From Amoebophrya sp. A120 (taxonomy: Eukaryota > Protista > Dinoflagellata): a DNA stretch of 64,000 nucleotides. The notes beneath the pieces were generated by a model. That model ran no database searches, was not told the DNA's origin, and saw nothing but the letters and a program-made list of their open reading frames with translations. The stretch covers positions 2,236,281 to 2,300,280 of the forward strand of contig CAJINV010000013.1 of NCBI GenBank assembly GCA_905178155.1, given 5' to 3'. Positions 1 to 11,210 of this stretch are shown in pieces. A program made the position numbers and the translations under genes. Within the stretch, counting starts at the first letter, position 1, and the number at the start of each line of letters is the position of its first letter.

Positions 1-117
1 GTAGAGACGAATGCTGATAAAGAATCAAGTTTCTTTTTCGTACATAATTCTCCCGATCATTTCATGAAAGCGCTGTATGTTCGAGGCGACGCGGAGCTTG
101 GCTTTTGTCAATTGATA

Positions 118-607
118 CGCTTATCTTTTTGCTGAGTTCCATGATCGAGGGAAGAAAGTCTATTAGTGACAGTTTTTCTTTGCATGACACGAGAGGTTTT
201 TTTTCGCAGGTTGTTTCTGTTCGGCGCAATTGCAACAATTCCTCAGGAATCCTAGAGCAAGGAGGAACCTCATGATGTACAACAATGCAGCACAGGCTGA
301 GAGCACAAAATGCTCCGAGCCTTTGTGCCCTGAAATGCAAGCACATAGCTCCTGCCTGTGTTGACACAACAAGCGCTGCATCTATCTATCATCGTGTCCT
401 CCCTGTCCAATAACAATCTGAAAAATTTCCACTGCACTGTCACTGACCTCCTTTTCCGGTGATACCCTTGTCGGCCCGCGTTGGCTCGTATTTGTCCTCG
501 GGATCCTGCAGCTGCGCCGCCGCGGGCTCCGGCGCGGCCCCGGCGGCGACCGCCTCTTGTTTCTTGCTCTTACTCGCGCCGCCCCCCATTCCGAAGAATC
601 TGCGCAT
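118..607 (-). CDS. Hypothetical protein, partial (runs toward left window edge)
   Basis: Minus-strand ATG at 607 reads MRRFFGMGGGASKSKKQEAVAAG...RADK. Removing 161-464 plus 5 nt continues in frame as LPSIMELSKKIS, then another TAT-starting segment begins at 117. Confidence 0.35.
161..464. mobile_element. Degenerate introner-like intron (304 bp)
   Basis: TAT...ATA ends, weak inverted repeat (tagtgacag/ctgtcactg), frame restored on the minus strand by removing element plus 5 nt. Confidence 0.35.
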
Positions 608-2255
608 GGACAATAGTTCCTGCGGAGGGACGAGACACGGCCGAAAAGGGCCTGCTTACCTCGGTGTCGCGGTCGCAGGCAAAGTGCTTGGTCGTGCTGT
701 CAAAGGCTGCGCGGGCCAGCAGCTGCGCCGGCAAGCGGGTTCTTCACTTGCCGCAAGGATGGCGATCCCACCACCCCGGCTTCGATTGTTTCGACGTCAG
801 CCCGCTGTGTTACTTCCGCGCAGGATAAGTAGAAAGACGTTTTCGTGCGTTCTTGGCTAAACTTGGCCAAAGCGCCTACACGTGGTTGAACTGTTGACTG
901 GGATACAACGCGTGTGGTCCGGCAACTTGATCCGCTTGCCGCCGCGGTCTCCTGGTCGTGAGGCACTGCCCCGCGGCTGCGAAAAGACACCGCGACTCGT
1001 CAAACCCGAAGCGGCTCTGGTCTCCGGCCAACGAACGGCACGGGCGTGGTGTTCCTGTTAATCGATCGGGGTATAACTTTGCGGGCGGCCGGGTTGTGTC
1101 TACTTACTCTGAGTCCGGCCTCGTGCAGTGTGGAGTGGATCCTTAGCCGTACGGGTCTTGGAGGCATGAACTCATGTACTTCACCGCGGCCCCACGGGCC
1201 GGCGCCGCCACGGCACACGGACCCAGAAGATCCCGCCAACGCCGATCAGCCCCGCAGAGCCCGCTCGCGGCAACAGAATCTGGCACAAATCGCCGCAGCT
1301 TCAGCACCCCTTCATTATGATTGCTGGAAGAACATCGAGTGTCTGATTCCGAAAGTTCGTTGCAATCTTACATGCCGGTTACCAACATTGTGTAATGCAA
1401 ACCCAATCTCCACTTAACGCCCAAACGAACAAAGTAACTTCACGTCGGTACGCTGTGTGTAGAGGAAGATTAGGGCCGGGCTCTTCTAAATGCATCTGCT
1501 TCTTTATTTGCACACAACGACTAATGTAGATGTACAACGACAACCTTTTCAAAGAGGGCCTGTGTGTTAGCAGTCCATTATGTTTCTAATTTCTTCGCAA
1601 AAGACGGTGGCACCAAAGTACGGCGCTGCAGTTTTGACTACGGAACCTTGTTCAACCACCACGCTTTCAAGCGCTGCACTCGGAGGTCAGTTCAGACTTA
1701 TTTTGCGAGCAACATGCAGTACGTAGCAATTCGCGCCTCTGCCTCATTTGTGCTGATATGACGCGGGTATGCCGCCGCCGTCCTGCTTTGACCGCAGTCG
1801 TTCGTGAACGCAGCACGAAGGCCACTCTCTTGCACTACTTGAAAGCGGCGCTCGACCATTCTCTCTTTTTTGCGGAACGCGCAGCAGGCGCCGCGCATTT
1901 CGTTTCTCAACACTCCCACTCTTGCACTCTGACGGCCCGCTGGTGGCTTCTCTCGCACTTGCAGTGAAACCGCTGGCGTCTGGAAACGACGGCGCGGTCG
2001 TGTACAAAGGTGAAAGAAGACTCGGGTGGGAAGCAAGTCGAAGAAGTCCGTCGCACCCCGCGTTTCAGCGCCAAGCGCGATGGGAAAGACCGGCGCCATT
2101 CGCGATCTTCCGGCCCGGCGCTTCCCTTCCCTACGCGTGTACATAGGCGAGGGCAGCGCCGTATGCGGTGCGCATCCAGGCGGGGCAATTTAAAGGATAG
2201 AAACCGCGGCGGCCGAGTATGCCCTGCGCGCCCGGGCTCGGCCAAAGACGGAGGG

Positions 2256-2637
2256 AGGGCAGGGGAGGGCAAGGAGGGGGCAGGGGAGGGCAGGGGAGGG
2301 CAGGGGAGGGCAGGGGAGGGCAGGGGAGGGCAGGGGAGGGCAGGGGAGGGCAGGGGAGGGCAGGGGAGGGCAGGGGAGGGCAGGGGAGGGCAGGGGAGGG
2401 CAGGGGAGGGCAGGGGAGGGCAGGGGAGGGCAGGGGAGGGCAGGGGAGGGCAGGGGAGGGCAGGGGAGGGCAGGGGAGGGCAGGGGAGGGCAGGGGAGGG
2501 CAGGGGAGGGCAGGGGAGGGCAGGGGAGGGCAGGGGAGGGCAGGGGAGGGCAGGGGAGGGCAGGGGAGGGCAGGGGAGGGCAGGGGAGGGCAGGGGAGGG
2601 CAGGGGAGGGCAGGGGAGGGCAGGGGAGGGCAGGGGA
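2256..2637 (+). repeat. (CAGGGGAGGG)n 10-bp tandem array, G-quadruplex-prone
   Basis: Perfect 10-mer copies from 2281 running into the assembly gap. Confidence 0.97.
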
Positions 2638-3342
2638 NNNNNNNNNNNNNNNNNNNNNNNNNNNNNNNNNNNNNNNNNNNNNNNNNNNNNNNNNNNNNNN
2701 NNNNNNNNNNNNNNNNNNNNNNNNNNNNNNNNNNNNNNNNNNNNNNNNNNNNNNNNNNNNNNNNNNNNNNNNNNNNNNNNNNNNNNNNNNNNNNNNNNNN
2801 NNNNNNNNNNNNNNNNNNNNNNNNNNNNNNNNNNNNNNNNNNNNNNNNNNNNNNNNNNNNNNNNNNNNNNNNNNNNNNNNNNNNNNNNNNNNNNNNNNNN
2901 NNNNNNNNNNNNNNNNNNNNNNNNNNNNNNNNNNNNNNNNNNNNNNNNNNNNNNNNNNNNNNNNNNNNNNNNNNNNNNNNNNNNNNNNNNNNNNNNNNNN
3001 NNNNNNNNNNNNNNNNNNNNNNNNNNNNNNNNNNNNNNNNNNNNNNNNNNNNNNNNNNNNNNNNNNNNNNNNNNNNNNNNNNNNNNNNNNNNNNNNNNNN
3101 NNNNNNNNNNNNNNNNNNNNNNNNNNNNNNNNNNNNNNNNNNNNNNNNNNNNNNNNNNNNNNNNNNNNNNNNNNNNNNNNNNNNNNNNNNNNNNNNNNNN
3201 NNNNNNNNNNNNNNNNNNNNNNNNNNNNNNNNNNNNNNNNNNNNNNNNNNNNNNNNNNNNNNNNNNNNNNNNNNNNNNNNNNNNNNNNNNNNNNNNNNNN
3301 NNNNNNNNNNNNNNNNNNNNNNNNNNNNNNNNNNNNNNNNNN
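2638..3342. other. Assembly gap (N run)
   Basis: 705 Ns. Confidence 1.
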
Positions 3343-4928
3343 GGCTCGTGAAGAGGAGGCTGGCAGAGGGATGGTACGAGGTAGGGAGAAAAAAAAGACA
3401 GGAAACAGCAATCGAATATGGGTGTTTTTTCAGAGCTTGTTCTTTTTATTTTATTCAAATCCTTTCTGTTTTGTGTTTTTTCAAAAATTTAAAATTTTCA
3501 AAAATTAGGACTTTCAAATTTCGCCCCATTTATGTATTAACTATGGTCACACTTTGTGTATATGTGTGCATTTTTTTCAGGTTGAGTCCAGAGGTAGAGC
3601 CTATGGGATGTCATTTAGTGCATTTTTCATATTTTCAAAAATTGTTAAAAATTTGAAAAATTGCGTGTGTGGTAAATTTTCAGGAAACAAGAAACAAAAC
3701 CTGTAAAAAATTGATTTTGTTGGAGCATTGTGTCCTCCTATATTAATATTTATGGTGAATCTTCCGGGTGTGTGATATTTTATATGTTTCGTGAAAAAAT
3801 TTGAAAAGTGCCAAAAAAATGTGATTCCTAAGTTTTATGCTTCTAATAAGTATCTATCAGAAAAAGCTACATACTCAAGTCATGATTTGTAAGCTCTGTT
3901 GCTGCAGGTGCCAAATTTATCATATTTTGATAATTTTTTGAATTTTGGAAAAATGTGCAAAAATCTTGAAAAACTCACTGCGTGACCACAGCATTGAGAT
4001 ATCCAATCTGATAGGGAGCAAACAGACGCTAAACTCACTAAGTGAGTCCCTTTTCCTATCGACAGAACGCGACTACCTCTTTCCAGGTGGTATTTCCACT
4101 ATGTTGAAAACTTGAAAAACTGACTTTAATCTTGGCCCTGTTCCGGAATCCGGCGAAGAGGCCCGAGAGGGCATCTGAAAGGCTTCCGCAGTCCGGGGGT
4201 GGGGCCTATGACAGGCCCAACCGCCGCCCACTTGGTACAGGCGGGCGCACAGCCCCCGCACTCTCCGACATGCGCTTCTGGCCTGGTCCGTCGGGTGCGC
4301 AGCCCTTGCAGTGCCCCTGCTCGTTCCCTCCCCAAGGGCCCGCCCCTGTTTGCCCACCGATGTGCGCAGCCCCCGCCCTACGCGCCTCTGCAAGCGGGCC
4401 CCGCAAGCTGCGCAGACCCCGCAGTGGCCGCCCCCGCTGGTGGGGCCCGCGGCTCTTGTAGCCCGCCCGCGGTTGGCCCGCCGGGTGCGCAGCCAGCGAA
4501 AAGCGCACCCCGGCATGCGGGGCGGGTTTGCACTCGCTGCCCGCCCCCGCGGGGTTCGCGCGTCTTTTTTTTGACCAAGTAGGCAAGCCTTTTCTCTATC
4601 GCTTCAACGTCGGTAAAAATCCTCCCCCTCTCGCGTGCCATCTGCTTAGAGCTGCGAATTCGTAGTTTCCACCATTAGCCGGAGTGTCGGTTGCAGTAAA
4701 GACTTCGCGCATTAAAGATTTCGCCCAAACAATGTGTGCGAAAGAGCTCCGGACACATTGTCGGTTTCGTCCATGCAAAAGAGAAAGCGAGCGTCCTGTT
4801 TCTGGTACTCGTTAGTACGCGGTCTCGTCATTGATACTTCGGTTTGTTGACAGGCACTGCTTTAATACAGTCGGTCTGCACTAGCTGTTATCACTTCTTT
4901 ACCATCGGTTTGCCGAGTCGTTGTTTGC

Positions 4929-5180
4929 TTGTTGCTGGAATCTCGTACCCCGAATTAGAAAGCGATGGGTGGCTGGATCCACCTCGGAGGTTGAGTAATT
5001 ACTCGGTTTCATACGTATGGTGCCTTCTGCATTTTCTTTCGGTTCGTTTTTTTGCGCAACACGAAAAAGCTTCGCATTACGTACTGTTCTGAAAATCTTG
5101 AGTATATATGTAAAATCAGGACCTTACCCGACCTTCATCACTTTTCATAGACGCAGTGTAGTCCCACCAACGGAGCAAGG
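4929..5180 (+). repeat. Duplicated upstream block, copy 1
   Basis: Colinear similarity to 10637-10914 (ttgttgctgga, ccacctcgga, gagtaattac, actcggtttcat, gtagtcccaccaac). Confidence 0.85.
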
Positions 5181-5419
5181 CATTTTTATCTTGTCGGGCA
5201 GTTCATCAGACCAAAACTTAACACAACTACTTCATCCCCAATTGGCCCGGCGACCCCAAGCATCTGCGAACGGTTGACACGTCGGGAGTTTTCCCAACCT
5301 CGAATTTCCCGGCACAGCGTTGCTCGACCAACCACCTCGCGGCTGAAGAGAAGGACTAGTTCTGGCGCAACAAAACGCGCAGAATAAAGTAGCTCCGCTT
5401 CCGTGATCGACGACGTGCG

Positions 5420-8400
5420 ATGCTGGTCCGCTTTCGGTTTCGCCGCGCTTGCCTGGCTTCTGGCGCACTCTCGGTTTCGCAGCCTGTCGTTCAGGAAGTG
5501 CATGCAACGGACCTAGATGCGGGCTTGGAGGAGGGTGCATCCTCGGCGCACCCGGTGCACGCCGGCTCCGCGTTTCTGGAAAAATGCCGTGACTGCTACG
5601 AGGAAGCAAAGGCGTCCAATGCTGCGCCCGGGGGTCGAGTGCAGCTGCAAATGCAGCCGCAAATGCAGCGCGGTCGTATCGCGTGAAACGTTGTGGCGGG
5701 GGTCTGGAAATGAAAATATGCAGCACGTCTGAGTTTGCGAGGTAGCACCAGTGCCTTCCAAATAAAGGCACTTCTCTAGAGATATCTATACATAGCCTCT
5801 TATTGCACACACGGTCGGCCCAAACAAATCGAATAGCGGCTGACGAACTCTAGCTGGCACAAAATAAAGAGCTTGTTGCGTCCTTTCGTCATTGTGCCGC
5901 GGAATGAAAGCAAGAAAGGATTTGTCTTTCTCATAAGTACACCCGTGCAACCTTATTGGGAGACACTGTGCATGCCGTGATTTCACGGTCAGCACGACGA
6001 GGGCAGCATTGTGAAGCCTCGGACAGGAGCGCTCTTTTGTCATGCAAAATGAACAATGGTCTAATGCTGATAGTATGAAGTGCGGTCCTCGCGTTGGATC
6101 AGTCATGGGAACGAAGACTCTGCATTTCGCAGGACGCAGTCAAGTTGAGCGTTCACGACACCAAAAAACATGAAGAATATTTAGTGAACTTTTGCATACT
6201 ATGTCGTGTGCAGCTTTCCCTCTGGATGCCCATGCGAACACGCAGGCGCAAAATATGACTAAAAGCATCGAAATGGGTATGGGAGCTTGCCTCGAAGCCT
6301 AAACTTTTCTCGCTACTTTGTACTTGTTCCAAGTGTTGGCACGTTTTCTTGGCGTGTCAACATGGTCGCGGGCGTAGCTCGTCAGATAAGGCAGCACTTT
6401 TCATCCAGACCCACCACGCCGAGGCTTTTGTCCGTGAGGCAGAAAGCGGGACTGGAAACGCACCAGCGCCCGCAAGGCGGAGCGCCAAGCGGGATGACGG
6501 ACGCTCAAAAAGCCCAAAAACTGGAGCAGGTCCGGAATCAATGGGAACTCCAACGGACTCGCGACAACCAGGCCATTGTTGAGGAGTTGCAAGCGAAAAA
6601 CGTCCAAAGAGCTAAAGACGACAAAGCCTTGTCGGATCTCTGCGAATTTGTGAGGAACGCGCCGAAGGAGTCCGATTACGAACGGAACCTGGGCGATCTG
6701 GATGACCAAAGTATGGCTGGCCCGGTTGATGTCGTAATGTTCAGTAGTGCAAAAATTTGGACGCCGGGCATTCTAGAATATTTGGATGCCGGAGCAGCCG
6801 AGCGCGAGCACTTCCTGTTTTTTCGTTTTGGAACTGCTACTCGTGAGAAATTGCAGTTTTCGAAGCGCTCAACTGCCCTGGAATCGTTCGAAATTTGTAA
6901 AAGACGCACAATGTCTAAGGAGTTGCGTTTCTTTCCGTTAAGGCCTAGCAAATGCTCAGTACAGTTTCGCTGTAGACCTTGACATTATGACACTTGTGCG
7001 GGCCATAGCTTTCGAATCCGTCCGGGAGCGCGAAGCTGGCGACTACAAGAAACGCGTGGACGACCTCAAGGAGGCGTTGGATGATATCAAATCAATCAAA
7101 AAACACACCCAGCCCATTCTACCAAGTCGGCCCTTTGTGTGGTTTTTGTACGTGCCGCAATGCTTGCGCCTGCGTTGGATAGAAAGACAAAAACTCTTCC
7201 GCTTTCCGCTGCATTGATTCGCCACGAAAATCGCGGCTCCGCTCAGGTCGGATATTCGCTACGTTCCACGTGGTCTGCGTTGAGTGAGTGTGGCGCAGGA
7301 TCTTTCTCCACTCAGCAACTCTCCGGCCAGGCGACTTCACTTGAATTATTCGAATTTGTGACTCGTACGTCGCGGGCGCAAGTAGACCTGCTCGTGCGTA
7401 GCAGCGCGCGGGCGAGGGGGTGTTTTTTCAGTTCGATATACTAGATTCCGGGTGTAAGCGCGGACGACAAAACTGGGATCGAGACCAATTTCGCGTATCG
7501 AGGCTTCAGGTGGGAAACCGTCAAAGTGAAAACGAAAATACTTTCGCAGTGCGAAAGAGAAAAAGAGACAGTGCGCCACTCTAGATACAAGCGAGTCGAT
7601 TTCCCCACGCGATTGGTACTGATAGTCGATGCTCTCTCAAATACAAGGTGTCACCCCTTTCAGGAACCTCAGCCGCAGCCTTCATTGCCAGGCGCATACA
7701 ATTAGATAGAATTATTTTGTGGGGCTTCTGATTCGCATAGTTACTATCGGTATCGTATCGCAGCAGGGCGGCCTTTGTTTGCAGCCCCGTCTGGTGAGGG
7801 GGAAACGCGATGAAATTTTATTGATATTTGCATTCTGACAATTTCCCACGCGGCGCTTCCACAAGAACGAAGCCGGAAAGTTGCAGGACGAGATCACTGC
7901 AACCACGACCGGCCGGGTCCAAGCACTGCGAGACACGGCCATCTACCGCTACAAACAAAAGTGGGATGCTTTGAAGAAAGCGGCGGAGCGTTTCAAACAG
8001 TTGGAGAGCATTGCGAACACCAAGCAGCAGCATATGACACACAAAATAAAGCAAGCACACCCATACTAAATGACTAGCATGACTACAACTAATGACGCGG
8101 CGGCACTCGTAGTGACCTTTCTATTTCTAATTCAAATAGAAGTTTTTCAGTCAGCAGCGACTCTGCGGTGCGTTCTCTGTCGTTTTCTGCCATGCACTTT
8201 AGCAAGGGTTGCGTGCGCATCATTCTATTTCTGTGTAGTTCTTTTTGTTCAATTCATGTTCCGCGCAAACTGAATTATGTAAAACACGGCACTGCAAAAT
8301 ACTTGTCAAGCAGATTTTGGCGCCACAGATAACAAGGACCCTTTTTGGCCGCTCCTCGTCACAAATTTTCCTACGTTACGGGCCGCGGTTTGCATGAAAG

Positions 8401-8594
8401 AGACGCGCTTGGGTGGTGCGTCGGCAATGCAGACAAAAACGGGTGTGGGTGTAGTTTTCTGGAGGATAAAAGAGCAAGACTTGAAATTCAAAGAAATCCG
8501 AGACATGATTTCTCGTCAAAAAGTTGAAGCTGAAGTGGCAGCGGTCCAGAACGCGGCCCCCGCGGTGGGGGCCACCGGCTTTCTCGCGGCGTAG
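5420..8594 (+). CDS. Putative secreted coiled-coil protein, paralog 1 (multi-exon, structure partly unresolved)
   Basis: N-terminus MLVRFRFRRACLASG, AFLEKC motif, E/K/Q-rich helical exons (6400-6711, 7013-7084, 7850-8032, 8474-8594), ends GFLAA*. Resembles the gene at 11211. Confidence 0.6.
6712..7007. mobile_element. Degenerate introner (296 bp)
   Basis: tatggc...gccata termini; element plus 5 nt removal joins DLDDQ to ESVRERE in frame. Confidence 0.65.
7085..7438. mobile_element. Degenerate introner
   Basis: Left tatcaaat...aaaaaacacaccc versus right gggggtgttttttcagttcgata. Right end could be 7440. Confidence 0.5.
8033..8468. mobile_element. Degenerate introner (436 bp)
   Basis: TAT...ATA with cacaccc/gggtgtg inverted repeat; joins NTKQQ to QDLKFKE in frame. 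Confidence 0.5.
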
Positions 8595-8834
8595 TGCCGT
8601 GGTTGCGGCGGTAACGACATGACAAAAAAGGTATGACAGTGGACGTTTCGCCTGCATTGATTTGAAGGACACGTCTAGCGACAGAAACAAGTTGAGAAAT
8701 GTTGCTTCTGTACTGGATGCATCCACGCCCGCCAAGGCTGTAATGCCTTTTGGGCTTCGGCAACATGCTATGAGCATGCGAAACAAATACGGGGACAAAA
8801 GTGCTCATGACAAGTGTGGAGGGGATGTCCACTT

Positions 8835-10130
8835 TCATCGCAGGAAGAAATCGGGCAGGGCGTTGGCAGATCGTTATCGCATTGAAAAGCGCCCGCAAAC
8901 CCGAGGCCGGAAGCATTTGCATTTCAAAAGGTCTTTCCAGTAGAAACATTTACTTTTCTGTGTCTTCTAACAAGACAGATGCTGTATGCAGGAGACCGTA
9001 CGTGTCGATTTGTGTTGCACAAATGCCCATGCGTAAGCGCTGGCCTCGTCATTCCTGAACTGCCTGGTATGCCTGAACTGCCAGGCAAAGAGAGCCCTTG
9101 TGCTTTCATGCGAGACAAATGAGTCCATTCGGAAACTTTGCCGTGGAGACATTCCGCACTTCGGGGGCCGGGGCATTTTTCAGCGTGACAAAAGAGCTAT
9201 CTTTTTGTGCCGCAGCAGTCCTGTCTCAGTTTGAAGAAGTTGAAAAAATACCGCCACATCCTCTTTGGTCAAGTACGTTCTTGACTCATTCAAAAAATTG
9301 CCCAGCGTGGGTTTGGCCTGAGACGGCGTGTCGAGTTTTAACGTAACATCATCCAAGTTTGTTTTCCCATTAACGGTAATGAGACCGCTCAAGTCAACAT
9401 ACAAGAAAAATGGCACCGAGTTTGTTTCCCATTCAGTGCAGCCTGTGCTTACTCTTACTCATGTGGAACTTACGTCGGCAGGCTCCTTTTATTTCATTTA
9501 CTTCATCACTGACCATATAATTTCGAAAGTGAGAATTAAAATTTTTTTTGTGGCGGTCACCCTCGCGTCGTGTGTTTTCAGGCGAATAACGATCGGCAGG
9601 GGCAGCCACGGCAAAATTAATTGCGTAGTGCCCACAAGCTAGTAGTGAAAGACCGCTCACTTTGTTTTGTTGATTTTTACATTTCAGAACGTTTTTTGGT
9701 TTTTAATTTTACAACGTACATGCTGTCATTTTGGAGAACGGGTTATGCAACCACAAGTGATCTACTTTTCGTTTTTCCTTCTTAACAATCTCAAGCATTC
9801 AATCATTGAAAATGTAATCTCTCTGTAAGTAGCTTCCTTCATTTCCATCCCATTTGTATGTAGTAGTAAGGTCACGAGCGTTCCAATATACTTACTTCTT
9901 TCCGGTTCGACGAGCGCTCCGCAGGGTGGCCTTCCGCTTCCCTCGCGGCTCACAGACATCGAGGTCCACGTTTGCCGGTTTATTTATTTTTATCATGATG
10001 GCCGCCGAGACCGAGAGCAAGAAGACAAGGCCCTCTTCTTCGATGGTGTCGGAGGTGAGACTAACAAGTCTGACCTGATCGAAGTATTCGAACCTGCGCC
10101 CGTCACCACGAGGACAACTTCGAAGGACAC
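8835..10130 (-). CDS. Possible hypothetical protein (5' end unresolved)
   Basis: Protein-like minus-strand frames (RRFEYFDQVRLVSLTSDTIEEEG; LDDVTLKLDTP...RHKKIAL), a GTAAGT donor near 9895, and an in-frame end ANALPDFFLR* after removing 8875-9190 plus 5 nt. Confidence 0.3.
8875..9190. mobile_element. Introner family A, degenerate copy (316 bp)
   Basis: Left tatcgcattgaaaagcgccc and right ggggcatttttcagcgtgaca match family A TIR; interior agcatttg...ctttcc resembles the 51600 copy. Confidence 0.75.
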
Positions 10131-10636
10131 AACTGTCCCCGAAGGGAAAAAGCGCGGAGTCCCCAGTTGTGGCAGAAGGGCACGTCGCTGGCTTGACCCG
10201 TCTCGCTTGTTCTAATCAACACGAGAGGGGGACGTGGCAGTTGATATGCTTGCAGCACAATACTATCGTGATAATCAATCTTAACCTTGATGACCGCTAA
10301 AGAAAGGACGCTTTTACCAATGCACTTTAAGCGTCGGCGAGTTGCCGCCCCCCCTGTGCTGGGCCGTCTTGTCAGAGCTGGATTTTTGTTTTCTCCACTT
10401 GTCGGAGTGCTGTCGGTTGCTCAGCAAAGATTTCGCACAGCAAAGATTCGTGGGAAAGAGCACAGAGACACAGAAGGTCTTCGGTGTCGTCCATGCAGGA
10501 GAAAGCTCGGTGATATCTGGCGAAAAGTTGATCTCTTTCTGTTAGTCGGTTTGTTCTTCGTGAGGTGAAGAAAGGGCACTTCTTTACTGTCGGTTTTCCG
10601 CACCGGCCGTCGTGGTAAATCCTCTCACTGACTTGG

Positions 10637-10914
10637 TTGTTGCTGGAGTTGCGTAGCAGGAATTGATATAAAGCGATTGGGGGCTGGCCCCACCTCGGAA
10701 TTAGAGTAATTACCTACTCGGTTTCATTCGTACGGAGCTTTCCGCATTCTCTTTCGGTTTCTTCGCTTGCGGAACACTAAATTAAAAGCTTCGATGAGAG
10801 AACACTGTTCTGCAAATTTCACTACAACTTGCCATAAATCCGCAACCAGGGCCCCACCCGAAATTTTGACTTTTTCAAGTGATGTAAGTAGGGTAGTCCC
10901 ACCAACAGCAACAG
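10637..10914 (+). repeat. Duplicated upstream block, copy 2
   Basis: See 4929-5180. Confidence 0.85.
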
Positions 10915-11210
10915 AAGAGAATAATATCATTTTCGAAGCTGTAAAACAGTACTGAAAGACGTGGAACGAACTGTGACGCAGCGATATTGTTACGCAGGCA
11001 CCAACATTTCTCCGGTTTGTTTTTGTAACGTTTTTCAGCATTTGTTTCCCTCACAGGCCTGGAACCGAATCCAACCGCTGCTACCGATTCATAAGACGGC
11101 AGGTCCACGTCGAAAGCCGCTTTGCGACGAAACTATCGCGTTATACGGCCGATTGTTTTCACGACCCGCGTGGAAACACAAACCAGTTACATCCCACGAG
11201 GGCTTTTCCA

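Noticed and set aside
2010-3656. Long ORFs spanning the GGGCA/GGGGA repeat
   Set aside because: Artefacts of a stop-free repeat plus an N gap.
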